In this document: positions 28,861 through 34,638 of the stretch, in pieces
How the letters are laid out: each line of letters begins with the position of its first letter
Numbering within the stretch: the first letter of the stretch is position 1
Notes under the pieces: model-generated
What the model was told of the DNA's origin: nothing
Database searches by the model: none
What the model saw: the letters and a program-made list of their open reading frames with translations, nothing else
Made by a program: the position numbers and the translations under genes
Origin: an uncultured Synechococcus sp.
GTDB lineage: Bacteria > Cyanobacteriota > Cyanobacteriia > PCC-6307 > Cyanobiaceae
NCBI GenBank assembly: GCA_913042965.1
Contig: CAJWLE010000001.1
Location: 1-34,638, forward strand
Direction of reading: 5' to 3'
DNA length: 34,638 bases

Positions 28861-30015
28861 TCAGGGGAGTCTGCGGATCGCAATGGCAATGGGCTGAATC
28901 ATTCGGAAGTCAACGAAATCCCCCAACGTCAGGTCCTGGAATGGATCACCGTTAATCCCATTGCGTACGTCGAGGTTGTGCACGCCACCAAATGGACCCC
29001 GCAGGCTGATCTCCTGATCCTCTTCCGAGATCTTCACAACCTCTGCTGTCCCCGTTGCCATTGACACCCTGGCGCCACGGCGAATCCGACCGAAATCATC
29101 CGACAGGATCACATCCTTCCGGTTCACACGAAGCTGCTGAACCGATGACTGGCTCAGGTCCACCACCAGTCCATCCAGGAGGTCCACCGTCAGTTTGTCT
29201 CCGGGCTTGAGAGCAGCCGTGTTGAGCCCACCGCTCATGGTGATCAGCATGGTGTGGCCATAGGGGCTACGAAGCTCCAGCACGGTTCCGTCCTGGAGGA
29301 TGCGGGTGAGGGTGCCCTGAATCTGTGTGAGTTCAAACGCGTTCAAAAGCTCCGCCTTAAGGCTGGCGCTGGTGTTCACCACGGGAGCCTGCAGGGGCTG
29401 GGCCGCAACGGACCGGTTCAGCGCGGTCTGACTGTCGTCGCGATCGATGGCAACAGCAACCGGCTGGATCAAGCGAAACGCCACCACATCACCGGGCTGG
29501 AGTTTCGGGAACAGGTCCTCACCGGGAACCGGGAGCACGTCCAGGTTGTGGATACCCCCGAGGGGGCCGATCAGGCTGATGCTGCGATCACGCTTCGACG
29601 CCTTGACCACACGCGCTGTGCCGGATGCCAAAGCAACGCGCATGCCCTTTTTCAAAGGGCCCATGTCTGAAGGCATATAAATGTCTTCGCGGTTGAAAGA
29701 CAACTCCTTGCTGGAGCTGCGCTGCAGATCCACCACAAGACCATCCAGCACGGAAACGTCCACCCCATCACCCGACTTGAGCTTCAGCGGCGCCATATCA
29801 ATGCCGACGGTGATGATCTCCTTATGTCCCTCCGGCCCAAGCACCTCAATCACCTTCTGCTTCGGCAATACAGCGGTCACCACGCCACGCATGTGGGTGA
29901 GCTCAAAGCCTTCAAGCTGTTCCGGGGTGAATCCCGCCTGAACAGGGACCATTCCAGCCCATAGGGCAGCGGCAGCTGCGAGGAGGCGGGAACGAACACC
30001 AAAGCGGCGGATCAT
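28861..30015 (-). CDS. Exported protein with internal duplication of small beta-barrel (OB-fold-like) units
   Basis: Signal peptide (VQA); two roughly 155-aa halves (FELT...LDGLVVDL...GTA.VVK...GP.GG.HNLDV...GD.V.FR.IQP.A.AI). Confidence 0.85.
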   Translation of the reverse strand: MIRRFGVRSRLLAAAAALWAGMVPVQAGFTPEQLEGFELTHMRGVVTAVLPKQKVIEVLGPEGHKEIITVGIDMAPLKLKSGDGVDVSVLDGLVVDLQRSSSKELSFNREDIYMPSDMGPLKKGMRVALASGTARVVKASKRDRSISLIGPLGGIHNLDVLPVPGEDLFPKLQPGDVVAFRLIQPVAVAIDRDDSQTALNRSVAAQPLQAPVVNTSASLKAELLNAFELTQIQGTLTRILQDGTVLELRSPYGHTMLITMSGGLNTAALKPGDKLTVDLLDGLVVDLSQSSVQQLRVNRKDVILSDDFGRIRRGARVSMATGTAEVVKISEEDQEISLRGPFGGVHNLDVRNGINGDPFQDLTLGDFVDFRMIQPIAIAIRRLP

Positions 30016-30097
30016 CACTGGAACATTCCGGACGTTTAATCGACGCTAGCCCGGTTAAAGGGGTCAGAATCGACACTTCTGTCTGATCTGGACCGCG

Positions 30098-30559
30098 ATG
30101 AAGTTCCGCTCAGCCCTTCTGACTGCTGCCGTGGTGCTGACGGGCTGGACAGCAGCCCCTGCGCAAGCGGAAACCCGCATCGAGATCAGCCTCAAGAACC
30201 GCTACCTCACCCTGCTTGACGATGGGCAGGTGATCGGAAAGTACCCCGTCGCCATTGGTGCGCCGGAGTCTCCAACCGTGGCCGGCAACTTCGCCGTCAC
30301 CAAGATGGATCCGGCACCCGTTTATCACAAGAAGGGCAAGGTGATTGCGCCAGGCCCGAGCAACCCGGTTGGCGTGCGTTATGTGGCTTATGTGCAGATC
30401 GGCACCGGGGAATACGCCATTCACGGCACGGCATGGCCCAACTGGGTGAATCTCCGCGCCGCCGTGAGCCTCGGCTGCATTCGCATGCTCAACAACGACG
30501 TGATTCAGGTTTACAACCGCATCAAGGTTGGGACGCCAGTGATCGTCACCAGCAACTAA
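30098..30559 (+). CDS. L,D-transpeptidase (YkuD family)
   Basis: Signal peptide, YPVAIG, NPVG, AIHGT...SLGCIRM. Confidence 0.93.
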   Translation: MKFRSALLTAAVVLTGWTAAPAQAETRIEISLKNRYLTLLDDGQVIGKYPVAIGAPESPTVAGNFAVTKMDPAPVYHKKGKVIAPGPSNPVGVRYVAYVQIGTGEYAIHGTAWPNWVNLRAAVSLGCIRMLNNDVIQVYNRIKVGTPVIVTSN

Positions 30560-30579
30560 TCCCTCATTTGCGCCGTCCC

Positions 30580-30849
30580 ATGTATCGCTCACTGTTGATC
30601 GCCGTTCTTGCTGCCATGGCTCCTGCTGTGGCTCTGGCGGACCCCCGTCAGGAAATTCAGGAGAATGCCTTCCTCGATCTGGTGGATGGTGCCGGCAATG
30701 CCCTGGTTCAAGGTCGCGGGGTTGATGAGGTCAACGCCAAGGCACGATCCCAGGGCCTCCAACTGCCTGCTCTGGGCTACTGGTCTCCCGAGGGGCACTG
30801 CTTTGTGAAGCCCGCCCCCGGCGACTGCAATGGCGTGTTTCGCAAGTAA
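30580..30849 (+). CDS. Small exported hypothetical protein
   Basis: Signal peptide MYRSLLIAVLAAMAPAVALA; PALGYWSPEGHC...GDCNGVF Cys pair. Confidence 0.75.
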   Translation: MYRSLLIAVLAAMAPAVALADPRQEIQENAFLDLVDGAGNALVQGRGVDEVNAKARSQGLQLPALGYWSPEGHCFVKPAPGDCNGVFRK

Positions 30850-30901
30850 TAATCGCCCTTTTGTTGCTGACCGCCCTGTTGTTGCATCGATCGCCACGCC
30901 A

Positions 30902-31150
30902 TCAGCAGCTGGGAACGATATGGGTCACCACATCGGCGCAGACCCAGCGGATCGTGCCGTCATCAACATCAGCCACCTGAAACAAGGTGGGGACCCTGGG
31001 GTCACGGGCCCCACCATCCACGTGGAGCACATCGGCCATCCACCAGTCATCACTGTTGTCATTGCCAATGATCACGGTCATGCCCGCACGCACACTCAGG
31101 AACAGTGGCTGAACCCCCTTGGGTCGCACCAGGGAATGATCGACAGACAT
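30902..31150 (-). CDS. DUF3104 domain protein
   Basis: FLSVRAGMTVI, WWMADV, GGARDP, LFQVADVDDGTIRWV.AD.V. Confidence 0.88.
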   Translation of the reverse strand: MSVDHSLVRPKGVQPLFLSVRAGMTVIIGNDNSDDWWMADVLHVDGGARDPRVPTLFQVADVDDGTIRWVCADVVTHIVPSC

Positions 31151-31215
31151 CCGCGCATCCATAGCAGTTCACCTGTACTACTCATGAATGGTCGGCATTG
31201 GCAAGGAAGAAAGCG

Positions 31216-31515
31216 TTAAGAGGGATTGTCGAAGTATGCCCCGCGCAATTGATCCAGGATTCGAAGCGACTCCAGAGCTTCCAGGCGCCTCTGAGCCTGA
31301 GCCAGCATGGGCTTGCCGTGGGGAACGCAGGATTCAATCAACGACGACGCTTCCGATGCTTCCGCCTTGACCCAGTCGATACAGCGATCCAGCTGCTGAG
31401 ACAATTCACCCTGTTGGAGCGCTCTCGAGTAGTTGGGGCCTGCAACCGCCGTCAATAAAATCTGAAGAGATTGCCGAACGTCGGCATGGTCGGGATCGGC
31501 ATGGTCGGGAGCCAT
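31216..31515 (-). CDS. Conserved hypothetical protein
   Basis: LLTAVAGPNY, CVPHGKPMLAQAQ; operon position after the DUF3288 gene. Confidence 0.7.
   Translation of the reverse strand: MAPDHADPDHADVRQSLQILLTAVAGPNYSRALQQGELSQQLDRCIDWVKAEASEASSLIESCVPHGKPMLAQAQRRLEALESLRILDQLRGAYFDNPS
31481..31510. repeat. Perfect 15-bp tandem duplication TCGGCATGGTCGGGA x2
   Basis: Read directly; encodes PDHAD-PDHAD in frame. Confidence 0.9.
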
Positions 31516-31547
31516 GGCAGGCGGGGAAAAGACATCGTCATGCTGAC

Positions 31548-31862
31548 TCAGCCATCCCGATCATCCACATCAGCCCCCGAACCGACCTCACCCTCCGCCT
31601 GCATCCCTGGGCGCCATCCACTGATCCAGATTTCGCGGCACTTGGCATTCAGGCCATCTCGATCGAGCCCCCAGGCAGAAACGGCCTTCTGGATGTCGGC
31701 TTTGATGTCGTCGGCGCCGGGAAAATCGCCGTATCGCATCACCAGTCGTGCCGCCGTGGTGAGCTGATCCGGCCCCGGGTCGCCCTGATGCGCCAGCAGG
31801 GCATCCACCTGATCTCGATCGGAGGCATAGAGCGGATGCGTCTGGGTGGTGTCGTCGCTCAT
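31548..31862 (-). CDS. DUF3288 family protein
   Basis: QTHPLYASDR, ARLVMRYGDFPGA.DI, WGL...LN...R.IW, GSGAD. Confidence 0.88.
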   Translation of the reverse strand: MSDDTTQTHPLYASDRDQVDALLAHQGDPGPDQLTTAARLVMRYGDFPGADDIKADIQKAVSAWGLDRDGLNAKCREIWISGWRPGMQAEGEVGSGADVDDRDG

Positions 31863-31863
31863 C

Positions 31864-33390
31864 TCAGGGGAGATTGGAAAAGGAAGGCTGAGGCTCGAAG
31901 GAATCGGGGACGTCGAACAACTGCGACTGGTCAGACCTCGAGGCCGGGGGCAAGGGTGGCAGCAGAGGTGGTGGCGGTGCTTGATCCAGACCGATCTGGT
32001 CCGGATCAGACGTCGGATCGAGCAGTGGATCGAGCAGCAAAGGCGGCGGCAGATCCGGTGGCAAAGGAATCACCGGCTCAAAGGCGCGCGGCAGGGGATC
32101 GTCAATATCCTGGGGGAGCACAGGATCATCGGGCTCTTCGGGAGCCATGCGAATCACCGGCTCCTGCAGCACGATTGGATCGGCGGTGATGGGCGGCTCA
32201 CGCAACGGGGCTCGGTCGCTGGTGGCTGGCTGTGTCCGATCTGGAGCCAGCGGCGACCCAGGCGTCTGAACCGGATCTGAAGTCTTCGATGGGGAGGGAG
32301 CCCAGATCAGTCGAGCCAGTGGTTCCACCCCCTGCTCCATCACCCGATTCAGCCCAGCCAGAGCCCGGTCCGCCAGGTGTTGACCGAAGGCGACCGAACA
32401 ATCCACCGGGCCATCACAGCTTTGATCACCGGTCAATTTCGGGGTCAATCCAGCCATGAGGTCGCCTCGCAGCGGACGTTTCCGCGGGCTGAGCCGAAGC
32501 ATGTACGGCACATGCACGAAGCTGGTGGCACCACCGCTGATCCAGTTGGCGTCCTCTTCCGTGAAACCCTTCACGCCGGGGATGATGAAGCGGCTTTTTG
32601 ATGCGTGATCTGGCATGTAAGCAGCCAGATAGCCACGACGTCGGGCCAGATCCTTGGTTTGCTCAAGGGTGAGGCCATCTCGACTCATCAACACCTCCAG
32701 ATGGCCGTCATTCCGGAGGCCCATCACCATGCGGATGCGGGGCAGGTAATAGCGAATCCGCTGCCCCATGCTGATGCTGTAAGCCCCCTTGTAGCTCTCT
32801 GGCGGATCCTCGAGATCGTTGTAAAGACTGTGGAGCCCGCCGATGAAGGTGTCGTAGCGACGGGTCTGTGCATCCGTCAGCTCGCCGTAGCCGAAATCGA
32901 TGCTGCCGTCGTGACGAACACCAATGAAAGCCCGTTGACGAGACGCCGTTCGGTTACGTCCTTTCCAGACGCGACGGCCGAATTTGAGATCTCCCAGAGG
33001 AACAGTGATTTCGCGTCCGGCACTGTCCACATGCCGCTCGTACATCGGACCGGACACATAGGCGAGGGCGGCACTGTCCTGATAAGCATCGAGTTCTCGA
33101 TCCCAACCCTCCAGCAGCCCGAAGCGCACCTGGCGCGGATCCAGATCAAGGGCGTACACCTCGTCATCGGGGATGTAGTGGAACGGTTCGCCATCCCGAC
33201 GGAAGGCGTTGTCCAACCGAGGGTCCGCCGTCTGCGGGGGTGGCGGCGGTGCGGGGGCAATCGCAATCAACCCTCCCACCACCACAAAGGGAGACAGCAG
33301 CAGCGCCCAGCGTTTCCGCATCAGACGCGTGATCCAAGGGCGTGGACGCCGGGCTCCGCGGCGGGTGGGGGCAGATGGCCGCCGTGTCAT
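31864..33390 (-). CDS. Membrane-anchored hypothetical protein with Pro-rich C-terminus
   Basis: Basic N-terminus, one TM helix, globular domain (SGPMYE, FIGGLH, MPDHASKS), Pro/Asp-rich tail; ATG overlaps the pdeM stop. Confidence 0.8.
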   Translation of the reverse strand: MTRRPSAPTRRGARRPRPWITRLMRKRWALLLSPFVVVGGLIAIAPAPPPPPQTADPRLDNAFRRDGEPFHYIPDDEVYALDLDPRQVRFGLLEGWDRELDAYQDSAALAYVSGPMYERHVDSAGREITVPLGDLKFGRRVWKGRNRTASRQRAFIGVRHDGSIDFGYGELTDAQTRRYDTFIGGLHSLYNDLEDPPESYKGAYSISMGQRIRYYLPRIRMVMGLRNDGHLEVLMSRDGLTLEQTKDLARRRGYLAAYMPDHASKSRFIIPGVKGFTEEDANWISGGATSFVHVPYMLRLSPRKRPLRGDLMAGLTPKLTGDQSCDGPVDCSVAFGQHLADRALAGLNRVMEQGVEPLARLIWAPSPSKTSDPVQTPGSPLAPDRTQPATSDRAPLREPPITADPIVLQEPVIRMAPEEPDDPVLPQDIDDPLPRAFEPVIPLPPDLPPPLLLDPLLDPTSDPDQIGLDQAPPPPLLPPLPPASRSDQSQLFDVPDSFEPQPSFSNLP

Positions 33391-34061
33391 GCCGCGCGAC
33401 GCTCCTGTTTTTGATCGCGGGGGTCGAACCAAGGAACGATGGCGCCGTCAGCCACAAGCCATTGCGCATAACCGTCGCCGCAGTCATGGCCTCCCGTCAA
33501 CTGCCCAAAGGCCGGCACGACCAGACGATCGGCAGCTGGATCAAAAGCAAAACAAGGCAACCGCAATCGATCCGCCCGGCTGCGCAGTCGCGTCATCGGA
33601 TGCAGATGACCACAGATGTTGAGAAGGCCTGGGAGCGGGGCGCGTTCCGGGATGTGACTCAACCAGAGGGAACCCAGCTGCCGCGACGGGTGCTGCGGAA
33701 GCCCTTCGATCCAGCTGTGCCGGTCGTGGTTGCCACCGATCAGCACCACCTCGCAATCGCAGAGCTCATGGAGATGAAGCAGGGTCTGACGCAATGCTGG
33801 GGATAGGCCCTCGCGGGCATGGATCAGATCACCCAGCAACAACAACTGGTCCGGAGCCCAGGCGTGGCAAAGGTCCAGCAGCGGGTTCAACGTGCCGCGA
33901 TCACCATCACTCGGCAGGGGGATGCCATGGGCCTGGAAGGCTTCGGCCTTGCCGAGGTGCAGATCAGCCAGCATGAGTTGGCGACCGGCCTCTCTCCACA
34001 CCGCGCGCTGGGGAAGAAAGCGCAGAGTTTCCTCACGCCAGATCCAGTCGACCCCATCCAT
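33387..34061 (-). CDS. pdeM: Ligase-associated DNA damage response metallophosphoesterase/endonuclease
   Basis: ADLHLGK, LGDLIH, GNHD, GHLHP, PAFGQLTGG. Confidence 0.9.
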   Translation of the reverse strand: MDGVDWIWREETLRFLPQRAVWREAGRQLMLADLHLGKAEAFQAHGIPLPSDGDRGTLNPLLDLCHAWAPDQLLLLGDLIHAREGLSPALRQTLLHLHELCDCEVVLIGGNHDRHSWIEGLPQHPSRQLGSLWLSHIPERAPLPGLLNICGHLHPMTRLRSRADRLRLPCFAFDPAADRLVVPAFGQLTGGHDCGDGYAQWLVADGAIVPWFDPRDQKQERRAA

Positions 34062-34149
34062 CAAGGCAGCAATTCCGGATTGTGTCGTCCTGGCTGCATC
34101 GCAACAGAGCGTCCAGAGATCACGCTGGCGTCATCCATCAGGGGGCATT

Positions 34150-34329
34150 GTGACGCGTTTTCAGCAAGCAAACCAGCTGCCGCAGGAAACACTGAGATGG
34201 CTGGAACAACGACTCAGCACCCTTGAGCAACAGCAGCGTTTCGAGTGCGCTTATGCCCTCCGCATGGAAGTGGCGGACTGGCTGCTTAAAGATTTGAATG
34301 CCAATCTGGCGGTACCGCACCGCCGATAG
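34150..34329 (+). CDS. Small hypothetical protein (59 aa)
   Basis: GTG start; helical L.WLEQRL...RFECAYALRMEVADWLL; divergent from pdeM. Confidence 0.65.
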   Translation: MTRFQQANQLPQETLRWLEQRLSTLEQQQRFECAYALRMEVADWLLKDLNANLAVPHRR

Positions 34330-34335
34330 GACCCC

Positions 34336-34416
34336 ATGACCCTTGCCCTGCTGATCGCCCTGGCAGGATCGCTCGTGGCAATGAGCGTGATCGTCAAACG
34401 ACTGGAGCAGCGTTGA
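34336..34416 (+). CDS. Putative 26-aa single-TM microprotein
   Basis: MTLALLIALAGSLVAMSVIVKRLEQR; AGGA upstream; exactly fills the gap between its neighbours. Confidence 0.6.
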   Translation: MTLALLIALAGSLVAMSVIVKRLEQR

Positions 34417-34638
34417 TCCGTCACTACCACTGGTTGATCAACCGACGGTCCCTGATCATCACCGGACTGATTGCCCTGGTTGCTTGCCTGGGAGAGCCGA
34501 CGGTGGCTCGCACCCTGCGGGTGGGTGTCAGTGGATCAGCGCCGTTTGTCATTCAAGATCCCGTTGGAGATGGCTTAAGCGGGATCAGCATCGACGTCTG
34601 GAGACGGGTCGCTGAAGCCAACGACCTGCCCTACGACT
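34413..34638 (+). CDS. Extracellular solute-binding family 3 / GluR0-like ligand-gated channel, 5' part (runs off the window)
   Basis: Open frame LIRHYH...signal peptide...TLRVGVSGSAPFVI...GISIDVWRRVAEAN; start uncertain. Confidence 0.8.
   Translation, partial: MIRHYHWLINRRSLIITGLIALVACLGEPTVARTLRVGVSGSAPFVIQDPVGDGLSGISIDVWRRVAEANDLPYD

Noticed and set aside
31960-32130. Short GGATCGAGCAG repeats
   Set aside because: Explained by the low-complexity Pro/Asp/Leu tail of the encoded protein.

Overview
Core-chromosome segment of a GC-rich marine picocyanobacterium (Synechococcus/Cyanobium type, inferred from the protein sequences, the proteobacterial-type PRK and the eukaryote-type class I aldolase beside class II aldolase). 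It carries purS-purQ, an LD-carboxypeptidase, ggt, two aldolases, accD, pilD, prk, leuB, lpxD, proB, yqeG, ruvX, furC/perR, hisA, a CSP41-like epimerase, a pgsA-like gene, a CBS protein, an L,D-transpeptidase, pdeM and conserved hypotheticals. Three segments interrupt the gene-dense backbone: (i) 1-340, non-coding with hairpins and GTGGACA motifs; (ii) about 10.9-13.1 kb between accD and pilD, holding a ferritin gene and about 1.4 kb without a credible ORF but densely packed with stem-loops, back-to-back terminators and a twice-repeated CGTGGACA-N11-GTCTAC module (the best candidate for an undescribed structured-RNA system); (iii) about 27.3-28.35 kb, AT-rich with small or decayed ORFs. No rRNA, tRNA, CRISPR array, transposase or integrase was recognised. 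All hairpins were found by eye, not by folding software.
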